A DNA stretch of 64,000 nucleotides from Candidatus Ozemobacteraceae bacterium (GCA_965140445.1 OZ223236.1:4224001-4288000), one strand, 5' to 3'. Shown: positions 49,924 to 58,742, numbered from the stretch's first letter. The notes: a model not told the origin generated them from the sequence alone. A program made the numbers and translations.

Positions 49924-50958
49924 CTAGTTTTTATCGGTTTTAAACGAATATTTTTTTGATAGATGCTTAACGCCGCCAGCATCTGTAGCTTCAAATTGCA
50001 CACTATATTCCCTGTCTGCCTGGAGAGTTTTATACTCATTGCTGACAGAAGTTTGCGGTGAGAATGTTAAGTTTTCAGTGTCAATTCTTGTTCCGTCTTT
50101 ATTAAATACATACATATCAATATCAGATGGAGTTTGAACATTAAGACTAAATTTAACTGAATAAGGTCCTGATGTTTTTACCAAAACATTTGAAAAGAAT
50201 GTTTCAACAACTTCTGTTGAGGTATCTGTTCCGGTAGAAGTTATGGTTGGTGTTTGAACTTTTGCAGTTGTGGTAAAGGAAAGAACGCCAAATGAAGAAG
50301 AAGTTGTTTTGTTGCCACTTTTGTCGGTACAAACAAGTTCGTAGGTATACTGCTTTTCAGCCTGCAATCCAGTTACGTCATAGCGATGGGATTTGCTGTA
50401 TGCTGTGCTAACCGGGAACTCAAGGCGATCCCCTTCGATGGTTCTTAAAATTAATCTGGTAAGACAAAGTTCATCAGTATTCCATGAAATTGAAACGGTG
50501 CTATCAGTTGGATTATTAACCACACCGCTTATTATAGGAGGAATATTGTCAGCAAATCCAGGTAATCCATTTGCTCCATGACATAGATAACACATACTTG
50601 AGTTAGTATAGTTATGATCTGGAATTCTTGATGTATCGTTGTGACAGGTTAAGCAAGATGCCTGCTGCCAACCAGGATGCATGTTGTCCAATAAAGGAGC
50701 GTCTGTATGCCCATCAATACTTCCGCTACCATCTGTTGGAGTTGAAATAATCGGACTGTCAATTTGTCCAACATCCTGAACGGTACCAGTTGTAGGAGTT
50801 CCTGTGTTTGAACCGGTTGGCATATAAGCGCCAAGTGGGTTTACCTGAGAACCGGAACTTGAAGTGCTGGATGAACAGCCCGCTGAAAAGAAGGCGATCG
50901 CACCAATGAGTAGAAATAACAGCCATGAATGCTGTCTAAAGTTTCTGTAGGACTTCAT
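49924..50958 (-). CDS. Lipoprotein with two c-type heme motifs and fibronectin-III-like domains
   Basis: GGAGGT RBS, lipobox 'FSAGC', 'CLTCH' and 'CYLCH', FN3-like 'VSISWNTDE...H...VTGL.....YTY'. Confidence 0.8.
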   Translation of the reverse strand: MKSYRNFRQHSWLLFLLIGAIAFFSAGCSSSTSSSGSQVNPLGAYMPTGSNTGTPTTGTVQDVGQIDSPIISTPTDGSGSIDGHTDAPLLDNMHPGWQQASCLTCHNDTSRIPDHNYTNSSMCYLCHGANGLPGFADNIPPIISGVVNNPTDSTVSISWNTDELCLTRLILRTIEGDRLEFPVSTAYSKSHRYDVTGLQAEKQYTYELVCTDKSGNKTTSSSFGVLSFTTTAKVQTPTITSTGTDTSTEVVETFFSNVLVKTSGPYSVKFSLNVQTPSDIDMYVFNKDGTRIDTENLTFSPQTSVSNEYKTLQADREYSVQFEATDAGGVKHLSKKYSFKTDKN

Positions 50959-51005
50959 AGTAAATTTGTAACCTCCATAATTGCTACTTTTTATAGCTCT
51001 AGGGT

Positions 51006-51033
51006 GTATCGGCATTTACCATTTTGGTGCTTA
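51006..51033 (-). promoter_or_regulatory. Putative sigma-28-like promoter (TAAG-N16-GCCGATAC)
   Basis: Minus-strand motif ~50 bp upstream of the diheme lipoprotein start. Confidence 0.45.
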
Positions 51034-51150
51034 ACAAATAATAAGAAAAAAGATTTTAAATTTTTTCTCATTTTTTATTCAAGAAAATACAAAAGCTGTC
51101 GAAAAGGTTTTAGATTTTATTAGTTACAAAAAAAAACAAATGGGAATAAA

Positions 51151-51756
51151 ATGAAACTTATCAAAGAATCTTTGCTATGGCTTACAACATCGCTCTTTTC
51201 AGCCATCTCCTACGTCCTGATGTATCCTTTTTTTGTCATAAAAAACCTTGGATACCACCTGCGATCCCCTTCTGTGTTGCTTTATGCTCTACTTTTCTTT
51301 GTCCTGGATCGTTTGACAAAGCTAATGGTTTTAAACCATTCCCATGAATTACCAATTAAAGTTATAGATAAATTTTTTACGCTCACATATGTCAAAAATC
51401 CTGGAGTCGCTTTTGGCTGGTTCCCTGATTGGAAATTGCCACCAATTTTGATGGCAGTAACCATGATCGTAATAATTGCATACTATAGTTTTAAACTTCC
51501 GGAAGAAGAAAAATTGACGCGATGGTCCCTGGCCTTACTGGTAGGTGGAGCAATCGGTAATCTCTATGACAGAATTGCCTATGGATTTGTAGTAGATTTC
51601 TTTCTTTTCCATTTTGGAAGCATTGATTTTCCAGTTTTTAATGTGGCAGACATTGCGATTGATTTTGGCGTATTTATGCTGTTTATTGATATTTTCTTTC
51701 TTAGCCCAGATGAAGAAGAAGAAAGTGATACCCCTCTGGCAGCTTCAGCTGCTTAG
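51151..51756 (+). CDS. lspA: Lipoprotein signal peptidase II
   Basis: 'LDRLTK', 'NPGVAFG', 'GGAIGNLYDR', 'VVDF', 'FNVAD'. Confidence 0.95.
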   Translation: MKLIKESLLWLTTSLFSAISYVLMYPFFVIKNLGYHLRSPSVLLYALLFFVLDRLTKLMVLNHSHELPIKVIDKFFTLTYVKNPGVAFGWFPDWKLPPILMAVTMIVIIAYYSFKLPEEEKLTRWSLALLVGGAIGNLYDRIAYGFVVDFFLFHFGSIDFPVFNVADIAIDFGVFMLFIDIFFLSPDEEEESDTPLAASAA

Positions 51757-51761
51757 ATAAA

Positions 51762-52550
51762 ATGTATCCAATACTGTTATCAACACCATATTTCAATGTC
51801 TATTCCTATGGGCTTTTAATAGCTCTTGGCTATAGCCTTGGCACCTTCTGGATACTAAAAGAAGCAAAAAAAGACAGCCTCTCTGTAGAGGCTGTTTTTG
51901 ACATGATGCTGCTAATGCTTATTGCAGGCATCAGTGGCTCCAGACTTCTTTATCTAATAGAATATTCCCCGCAAAAACTGAATCCGGTCAATTTCTTTGC
52001 TTTTGAACAGGGCGGCCTGACCTTTTATGGGGCAGTATTGGGCGGGATTATTTCTAATCTTCTCTTTCTCAAACTAAAAAAGATTTCTTTCTGGCGAGTT
52101 ATGGATTGTGTGGGTTTCGGGCTACCACTAGGAATAGCTCTGGCGAGAACAGGATGCTTTTTAAACGGCTGTTGCTACGGATTAAAATGCTCAATGCCCT
52201 GGGGAGTAGTATTCCCGTTAGTATCTCCAGATGCTGTTCACCCTACTCAACTTTATGAATCCCTAAGCGGTTTGATCATTTTTCTTTTGCTGCAGAAATT
52301 CAGACATCTGCGACAAAACTATGGTGAAGCCTTTTTAGCCTGCATGGGTCTTTATGCCTTTTTTCGCTTCTTTATAGAATTTTGGCGCGCTGACAATCCA
52401 ATTGTGTTTGCCGGGTTAAAGCTTTCACAACTGATTGCAATAGCAATGATCATATCAGCCTATGCATGCTGGCAAGCAATAAAATCCTACAAAAAATTGC
52501 GCTACCTGCCCCCTACCGGAACAGAAGAAATGGAAAAAACAGGCGAATGA
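51762..52550 (+). CDS. lgt: Prolipoprotein diacylglyceryl transferase (copy 1)
   Basis: 'SYGLLIA', 'GSRLLY', 'GGLTFYG', 'ARTGCFLNGCCYG', 'HPTQLYE', 'RFFIEFWR'. Confidence 0.92.
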   Translation: MYPILLSTPYFNVYSYGLLIALGYSLGTFWILKEAKKDSLSVEAVFDMMLLMLIAGISGSRLLYLIEYSPQKLNPVNFFAFEQGGLTFYGAVLGGIISNLLFLKLKKISFWRVMDCVGFGLPLGIALARTGCFLNGCCYGLKCSMPWGVVFPLVSPDAVHPTQLYESLSGLIIFLLLQKFRHLRQNYGEAFLACMGLYAFFRFFIEFWRADNPIVFAGLKLSQLIAIAMIISAYACWQAIKSYKKLRYLPPTGTEEMEKTGE

Positions 52551-53320
52551 CTTTTGTAAGTGCTTATCTGCCGTTTTATTCATACGGCGTTCTAATGACC
52601 ATTGCCTTTGTTTTAGGCCTGATTCTGGTAAAAAAAAACCTGAATAAAACTTCCCTTAAAAATCTGGAATTTGTTGATTACGCACTAGTTATTTCAATTT
52701 GCGCTCTTTTCGGCTCAAGATTACTTTATATAGTTTTGTATCCAGACCAATTCAAAAGCCTCAAAGACTACCTTGCAATCTATGAGGGCGGAATGGTTTT
52801 TTTTGGTGGCTTTCTTGCCGCTTTCATAGGTGGAATCGCCTTTGCATATTTTAAAAAGGCTTCTTTAAAAGAATTCCTGGACGCTTGTGCTGCACCACTT
52901 TCAATAGGGCATGCACTAGGAAGAATAGGTTGCCTCATAAATGGATGCTGCTATGGAAAACCAACGAACTGGCCCCAAATTTACCGGCTAAACACTGATC
53001 CGATTAGTTGCTATCGCCATCCGGTACAACTTTACGAATCAATATTTCTTTTGCTGACTTTCTTTGCTCTTAACTACTCATTTAAAAGAACTTACGTTCT
53101 TAAAAAGCAAAAAAAAGGAATGACTGCAGGAATATACCTTTTATCATATAGCATCTTTCGTTTCTTTATTGAGAACGTGCGAGCAGATGACAGAGGAGGC
53201 CTGTTCACCCCCTTTAATCTTTCCATATCTCAGTCAATCAGCGTTGTTCTTTTTGGTCTGGCTGTGTTATGGATAGTATACTGTAACAAGAACTCACAAT
53301 TTTCTTTGGAGAATTCATAA
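52547..53320 (+). CDS. lgt: Prolipoprotein diacylglyceryl transferase (copy 2)
   Basis: 'SYGVLM', 'GGMVFFGG', 'GRIGCLINGCCYG', 'HPVQLYE', 'RFFIENVR'; ATGA overlap. Confidence 0.9.
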   Translation: MTFVSAYLPFYSYGVLMTIAFVLGLILVKKNLNKTSLKNLEFVDYALVISICALFGSRLLYIVLYPDQFKSLKDYLAIYEGGMVFFGGFLAAFIGGIAFAYFKKASLKEFLDACAAPLSIGHALGRIGCLINGCCYGKPTNWPQIYRLNTDPISCYRHPVQLYESIFLLLTFFALNYSFKRTYVLKKQKKGMTAGIYLLSYSIFRFFIENVRADDRGGLFTPFNLSISQSISVVLFGLAVLWIVYCNKNSQFSLENS

Positions 53321-53323
53321 AAA

Positions 53324-54250
53324 ATGCCTGGCAAAATTACGTGGACAATAGAACCCGAGTATATTGGGTTAAGGCTTGATGCTGCGATCAGCTCAAAATA
53401 CCCCGATATCTCTCGTTCTGTAGCATCTGACATGATAAAGAACAGCGAGATTCTCCTGAATGGAGATCTGGTTAAACCATCAATAAAATTAAAAGGCGAA
53501 GAGGTTCTGACAATAACCTTTCGCGATGACGAAGCAGAAAATACAGTTTTACAACCTACACCTATGAATTTTCCGGTTTTATTCGAGGATGATGACATAA
53601 TTGTAATTAACAAGCCAACTGGACTTGTTGTACACCCTGGCGCAGGGGGGGAAACAGAAACTGTTGTCTCTGCACTTTTGAGTCACACAAATCTTAGCCC
53701 GGTTGGTGCTCCAATTAGACCTGGTGTTGTCCAGAGGCTTGATAAGGAAACCAGCGGAATAATGATTCTGGCTAAAACCCGAAAAGCGCATATGAACCTG
53801 GCTGAAGCTTTTGCTGGTCACGACATTCATAAAGAATATATAGCTATTGCACAGGGTCACATTGCCAACAAGAAAGGCAGAATTGAAGTCGCAATAGAAA
53901 GAGACAGGGTCCATCGCAAACGCATGAAGGCAACTTCCCCCGAAAATGGAAGAATGGCCATAAGCAAATTCGAGGTTATTGAGTATCTGGAAGGCGCTTC
54001 CCTGGTTAGAGTCAAAATTCTTACAGGAAGAACTCATCAAATCAGGGTTCACATGCAATTTATCGGGCACTCACTTTATGGAGATGCCACCTATGGTGGG
54101 AGAAAGCTACTTGGCAAGCACGAACATTTTCTTCATAGTGCGAAACTGAGTTTAAAGCACCCCATCACTGGGGAACAAATGACATGGGAAGCCGATCCAC
54201 CAGAAGCATTTCAGGAAGCAATTAATAAATTAAAAGGCCTTGAAACTTAA
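53324..54250 (+). CDS. rluD: RluA/RluD-family pseudouridine synthase with S4 domain
   Basis: 'RLD' S4 domain, 'INKPTGLVVHP', 'QRLDKETSG', 'TGRTHQIRVH'. Confidence 0.88.
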   Translation: MPGKITWTIEPEYIGLRLDAAISSKYPDISRSVASDMIKNSEILLNGDLVKPSIKLKGEEVLTITFRDDEAENTVLQPTPMNFPVLFEDDDIIVINKPTGLVVHPGAGGETETVVSALLSHTNLSPVGAPIRPGVVQRLDKETSGIMILAKTRKAHMNLAEAFAGHDIHKEYIAIAQGHIANKKGRIEVAIERDRVHRKRMKATSPENGRMAISKFEVIEYLEGASLVRVKILTGRTHQIRVHMQFIGHSLYGDATYGGRKLLGKHEHFLHSAKLSLKHPITGEQMTWEADPPEAFQEAINKLKGLET

Positions 54251-54273
54251 GGGTTTCTTAGAAAGAACTTTTT

Positions 54274-54281
54274 GCCGATGA
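54274..54281 (+). promoter_or_regulatory. GCCGATGA -10-like box upstream of the pilin-like gene
   Basis: Intergenic motif match; no clear -35. Confidence 0.3.
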
Positions 54282-54312
54282 ACACTAACGAAAATATAAA
54301 ACAGGGTGCTCT

Positions 54313-54678
54313 ATGAGTCTTTCTTTAAAACTTGATAAAAATAAAATTTCTTCCAGAAAAGGAAACTTCGCCTTATACGCGATTGTTTTTCTGATGGTTG
54401 GAATAGTGCTGTCGATCTTCATCTTTTTCCCACAGTTTCTAAATATGCAATCTGGCATATACGGTATTACCTGCAGAGAAATTAAGCGAAAAGTTCAAAC
54501 TGCAGTTATGGATCATGATGCAAATGAAACTAAAAGTATTGTAAAAGCGAATAAAGTGGTTGATCTTGATGAATTAAAAGAAAAAGGATTCTTGGCGGAA
54601 ATTCAGTATTGCCCCGAAAAAGGCAAATACATATTTGATAAAACAGGAAAAGTTATCTGCACTGTTCACGACATGTAG
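54313..54678 (+). CDS. Pilin-like protein
   Basis: 'SRKG|NFALYAIVFL' basic leader + hydrophobic helix; C-terminal 'CPEKGKY...ICTVH' resembling the pilin at 32670. Confidence 0.6.
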   Translation: MSLSLKLDKNKISSRKGNFALYAIVFLMVGIVLSIFIFFPQFLNMQSGIYGITCREIKRKVQTAVMDHDANETKSIVKANKVVDLDELKEKGFLAEIQYCPEKGKYIFDKTGKVICTVHDM

Positions 54679-54712
54679 CAGTGATTAGGCGCATTAGCTC
54701 TACGGAGGAAAT

Positions 54713-55339
54713 ATGAGTAAGCATAGAAGAAGGACCTATCTGATTAAGACAGGGCTGCAACTTAGATACATGGGGATTATTATATCTACCATGTTATTAG
54801 TTGCTTTTGGAGTGGGATGGATAATTTATCACACTTCATGGAGTCGAATAGCAAACACCCCAGACCTCACTCTGGACAAGCTTTCAGACATCTTTGACAC
54901 TGTAAATCACCTGCTAATGAAATGGATAGTGGTTTTCCTCTTTGCGATTGCAATTTTATCTATATTTGTGTCACACAAGATTGCGGGGCCCGTCTATCGG
55001 TTGGAAGAGACCTCGCGTATTATTGCCTCGGGTGATTTAACAGCGAAAGTTCATCTGAGGCAGGGTGACGAATTGGGCGATTTACAGGAAGCTTTTAACA
55101 AGATGTCGGTCTCGCTAAGAAATATGGTAGCGAAAGATCGGGAAATTATTGAAAGATTAATTGTTTCAGGAAATCAGCTCAAAGAAACGATCAACAGCAA
55201 CAAACAGGACCCGGAATCTATCAAAAAGGTAACTCAGGATCTTTACGCGGTAATTGAGGAGCTTAGACTTGTTACCAGCGGATTTAAGATAGATGATCAG
55301 GATGTTATTGAAGAGAGCGAAGAAGAAGCAGAAGTTTAA
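54713..55339 (+). CDS. HAMP-domain membrane protein
   Basis: 'RRRTYLIKTGLQLRY', two TM helices, 'SHKIAGPVYRL...GDL...LRQGDELGDL'. Confidence 0.85.
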   Translation: MSKHRRRTYLIKTGLQLRYMGIIISTMLLVAFGVGWIIYHTSWSRIANTPDLTLDKLSDIFDTVNHLLMKWIVVFLFAIAILSIFVSHKIAGPVYRLEETSRIIASGDLTAKVHLRQGDELGDLQEAFNKMSVSLRNMVAKDREIIERLIVSGNQLKETINSNKQDPESIKKVTQDLYAVIEELRLVTSGFKIDDQDVIEESEEEAEV

Positions 55340-55360
55340 CGTTTTTTCATAAGTCTATTT

Positions 55361-55393
55361 AAAGGGATTGTATCTTCTGATACAATCCTTTTT
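55361..55393 (+). terminator. Intrinsic terminator
   Basis: AAAGGGATTGTATC-TTCT-GATACAATCCTTTT. Confidence 0.75.
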
Positions 55394-55408
55394 ATATATG
55401 AAAAAAAA

Positions 55409-57007
55409 ATGAGGAAATTGAAGATGATTCATCAGAAAATTTTATGCAATGGAAAGTGGCAGGAAGCTAATTTTCCAGTTTCTTCTTTTAAAGCGGTTTA
55501 CCCTCGTGAAGCGAAACAAGGAGAGATGAGTTTTCCTATTTCCAGCTTTTTAGATATAGATGAAATGCTGCAATCTGCAGAAAAAGCTAAATTTGAGGTT
55601 GAAAACTGCAGCCGTGAAAAAAGAGCTGCCTTTCTGCGATTGTTATCAGAAAAAATTAATAAAAACAGCGAAGAGCTTTGTCAGATAGCATCAAACGAAA
55701 CAGGATTTGAAAAAAACGAAAGACTGATGCAAAAAGAATTGCCCAAGATGCTGGCGCAAATGAACATGGCAGCTGAATCCTGTGTAAATATTGAATGGAT
55801 GGAACCTACTATTGATTCTGAAAGAGAAATCAGATCAACCAGAGGGGCTCTGGATGGTCCAGTAGTTATTTTCGGCTCAACATGCTTTCCATTTTTAATG
55901 AACTCCTGCGGAGGAAATGACTTTGTATCAGCGATTTGTTCAGGAAATACAATCATTTCAAAAGGAAATCCAAATCATCCACAAACTTCCTTAAAACTTG
56001 CAGAGCTAATATTTGAATCGATTCAGGAAGCTGAAATGCCCATCCAGACATTTCAATTTTTCCACCATACAACCACAGATCTTGGGTATAGACTTGCAAG
56101 TCACCCCATGATAGGCGCTTTCAGCTTCTCTGGCAACAGACAATCCGGATTGGCCCTAAAGGAATCTGCGGATAGAGCTGGAAATCTATTCTTCGGACAG
56201 CTTTCTGGTATTAATCCCGTTTTTCTCTTTGCAGAAGCAGTAAACGAGAGGCCAACAGAGATTGCTGCTGATTTGCAGGATGCAATCCTGTTTTCTTCAG
56301 GTCAATATTACACAAAACCTGGAATCTGTTTTGTAACTGAATCTGAAGGCACCCGAACCATCATAAAAAGTTTAAAAGAAAATCTGGAAAATGCTGAAAA
56401 GCAGTATATGCTCAATGATCAGATTGCTAGAGATCTCGACACGGTTTTGTCGAACTTCATCAGAATTGGTGCCAAAAAAGTCACCTGCAGCCTGTTTCAT
56501 CCAGCAGAACCATTTATTTTTCCAGGCACAATAGTAGAAATCGACTTAAGGACTTTTTTGAAATTTTCAAGACACTTTCAGGAAATCACCTTTGGGCCTG
56601 TTCTGGTTTTTGTAATTGCAGATGAAGACTCACAGTTTGAAGATGCAATAAAAGTTCTTGAAGGCAGCCCTGCTATAAGCATCTATACTTCAAAAGGTGA
56701 AGAGGATAAACAGACTTACAACAAAATTTCATCCTCCCTTATCAGACTTACCGGAAGATTTTTAAACAACCAGATGCCAACAGACATAAGTCTTTCTTCT
56801 GCAGCAGTTTACGGCGGGCCTTTCCCTGCTTCAAATGCGCCTGGCTTTTCATCTATCGGATTCCCATCGTCAATAAAAAGATTCACCAGCTTAAAATGCT
56901 ATTCGAATGTTTGCGATGAATGGCTTCCTGACATCCTGAAGAACAAAAACCCTAATCCAGATTGCTTCAGATTAATTAATGGGAAATTGTCGAAAGAAAG
57001 CCTTTAA
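55409..57007 (+). CDS. Aldehyde dehydrogenase (KGSADH-like) homologue with degenerate active site
   Basis: Family motifs 'GPVVIFG..FP', 'GGNDFVSA', 'HPQTS', 'INPVFL', 'FGP', 'GGPFPAS', 'IKRF'; expected catalytic Cys/Glu/Asn not seen. Confidence 0.85.
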   Translation: MRKLKMIHQKILCNGKWQEANFPVSSFKAVYPREAKQGEMSFPISSFLDIDEMLQSAEKAKFEVENCSREKRAAFLRLLSEKINKNSEELCQIASNETGFEKNERLMQKELPKMLAQMNMAAESCVNIEWMEPTIDSEREIRSTRGALDGPVVIFGSTCFPFLMNSCGGNDFVSAICSGNTIISKGNPNHPQTSLKLAELIFESIQEAEMPIQTFQFFHHTTTDLGYRLASHPMIGAFSFSGNRQSGLALKESADRAGNLFFGQLSGINPVFLFAEAVNERPTEIAADLQDAILFSSGQYYTKPGICFVTESEGTRTIIKSLKENLENAEKQYMLNDQIARDLDTVLSNFIRIGAKKVTCSLFHPAEPFIFPGTIVEIDLRTFLKFSRHFQEITFGPVLVFVIADEDSQFEDAIKVLEGSPAISIYTSKGEEDKQTYNKISSSLIRLTGRFLNNQMPTDISLSSAAVYGGPFPASNAPGFSSIGFPSSIKRFTSLKCYSNVCDEWLPDILKNKNPNPDCFRLINGKLSKESL

Positions 57008-57170
57008 TACAATTAAAGTTAAACTAGATTAAAGCTGGAAAAATTCTGGACTATTGCTTTTAGCGCTTCTGATGCTTGTCGAGACCCTTTTGTCAATCTG
57101 GTCGAGGCATAAATTTCTCCGCCACAGCGGATTTATAATGGTTTCTTCAGTGCATGAGTTCGTTTTTGGT

Positions 57171-57992
57171 TTAGGGATGATTAGAACTACATTCGTTTGT
57201 ATTTGGAGAGCATTCAATAACAGGTTTCTGCGGAAACTCTCGGAGCAATTTTTCTCCCCATTTAACTGCCTTTGTGTGGCTAACATCAAGATCAAAAAAG
57301 TCTTTTACAAACATTATGTCCTGCAATTTTTGATATACTGGTCCTGGGAGATCTCGTTGGAGATATCGCATCCCAAAATCCCATCTTTCCGGGCAATATC
57401 GCATGCGTAGAAGTTCAACAAGTGGTTTTAATGTGTAGCCCCAGAAAGCAGCCAAAGCTTCTACCTCCTGACTTCTATTTATCGTCTTGCGAACAAATAG
57501 CTGACTCAATGAAAACCAGCCTTTCAGACTTTCCAACCGTTTGGATCGAAAAGCATCTGACGAGGACTCACTGGTAGGCTTACTACTTAGCCAATGGTCC
57601 TTATCGAATAGTGGCTGGATTTTTCCGTGTCGTTCAATGTTAAGACAATCCACGTATGACCCAGGAAGGTAGACACACACATCGACCAAAAGATAATCTC
57701 CACCATCCTTCAATTTGAAGTAGCGTCCCGGAGGTTCATCGTGGCTAACTAAAACTGGAGATACGCTCTCTAAAGTGGATTCGACTAACAAGAAGAAAGA
57801 GTCGATATCAGCCTCACTATCTAACAAAAAGTTCAGGTCTATGTCCGAAAACTCATCTTCAATACCAAAAGCTGCACTCCCGCCCTCCCATGCAGCCAAC
57901 ACATCAGGGATGGGTTGTAAAGACTTGCACAAAGTTTGTTTAACTTTTGTACGAAAAGCGGTTTGACATTCTTCCATAACTTGCTCCTTCAT
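57171..57992 (-). CDS. Pol-beta-superfamily nucleotidyltransferase domain protein
   Basis: 'WEGGSAAFG..DEFSDIDL' (GS...DxD), later 'VDV', helical C-terminus. Confidence 0.8.
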   Translation of the reverse strand: MKEQVMEECQTAFRTKVKQTLCKSLQPIPDVLAAWEGGSAAFGIEDEFSDIDLNFLLDSEADIDSFFLLVESTLESVSPVLVSHDEPPGRYFKLKDGGDYLLVDVCVYLPGSYVDCLNIERHGKIQPLFDKDHWLSSKPTSESSSDAFRSKRLESLKGWFSLSQLFVRKTINRSQEVEALAAFWGYTLKPLVELLRMRYCPERWDFGMRYLQRDLPGPVYQKLQDIMFVKDFFDLDVSHTKAVKWGEKLLREFPQKPVIECSPNTNECSSNHP

Positions 57993-58588
57993 TGCTTATC
58001 ATCACCCGAATTGAGCTTTCTGTCTTTAATTCTCTCGGCAGGGAAAATTCCATCGAGTCGTTCAACAACAATTTGAAAAGTGTTATTCGGATTCTCCCCA
58101 TTGTCAATTTCGATCAGATACTTCCCGACTCCGGTTGGTCTGTAATTGACCGAATCAAGGTGTTTTCGAAGTTCCTCAGTTCTCGAATTTTCTTCTCCGT
58201 GGGCGGAGTGCCGTGAAGAACTTCCCGCTCGATCAGAATATCTCTTCAGAAGAATCTCATTGCTTGCTTTGAGGAAAATCTCACAAATTTCGTGATTCTG
58301 TGCATTGATTGCGTTGAGTAGTCTTATTCCACCAAACTCCGGATTTATACAGCCCTCAAAAATAAAGCTTCCCAGACCTTTAGAGAGTTCAGACGCGATT
58401 CGGAACATAAGCTCGTATCCTGCGCAACTAATGAACCTTGCCGAGGCTCCATCGCAGCTCTGCGCAGTTTCAGAAAGCCATTCGGAAATCCGATCACTGC
58501 TTATGTGTGGCAGGCCAAATTTTTCGCTGAGCTGATTAGAAAGAGTTGTCTTACCGGCTCCAGGTGGGCCATGTATCAAGAAAATCAT
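57989..58588 (-). CDS. P-loop kinase (AAA_33 / nucleotide-kinase-like)
   Basis: 'LIHGPPGAGKTT', lid 'LKRYSDR'; AGGAG RBS; ATGA overlap with the NTase. Confidence 0.82.
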   Translation of the reverse strand: MIFLIHGPPGAGKTTLSNQLSEKFGLPHISSDRISEWLSETAQSCDGASARFISCAGYELMFRIASELSKGLGSFIFEGCINPEFGGIRLLNAINAQNHEICEIFLKASNEILLKRYSDRAGSSSRHSAHGEENSRTEELRKHLDSVNYRPTGVGKYLIEIDNGENPNNTFQIVVERLDGIFPAERIKDRKLNSGDDKQ

Positions 58589-58651
58589 AGGGCTCTTCTC
58601 CTAATTTCCAATCTTGATCGATCGAAATTTTCTTTTGTGTTCTTCATTAAT

Positions 58652-58742
58652 AGCTAGCGCTAGTCGTGAGCGGGCGCCGATTGTCGCCATTGGCAAATGA
58701 TGGAATCAGGACTGGCGTTCCGAGTCGACGCGCTGGTTATGC
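58652..58742 (-). repeat. attC site with mutated R' core (GCTAGCT instead of GTTAGCT)
   Basis: Plus strand AGCTAGCGCTAGTCGTGAGCGG...CCGAGTCGACGCGCTGGTTATGC; arms homologous to attCs at 61435/62849/63346; overlaps the hicB stop. Confidence 0.78.

Noticed and set aside
441..56000. Numerous 60-160 aa antisense or alternate-frame ORFs inside core genes
   Set aside because: Shadow ORFs of well-supported genes with no motifs or RBS
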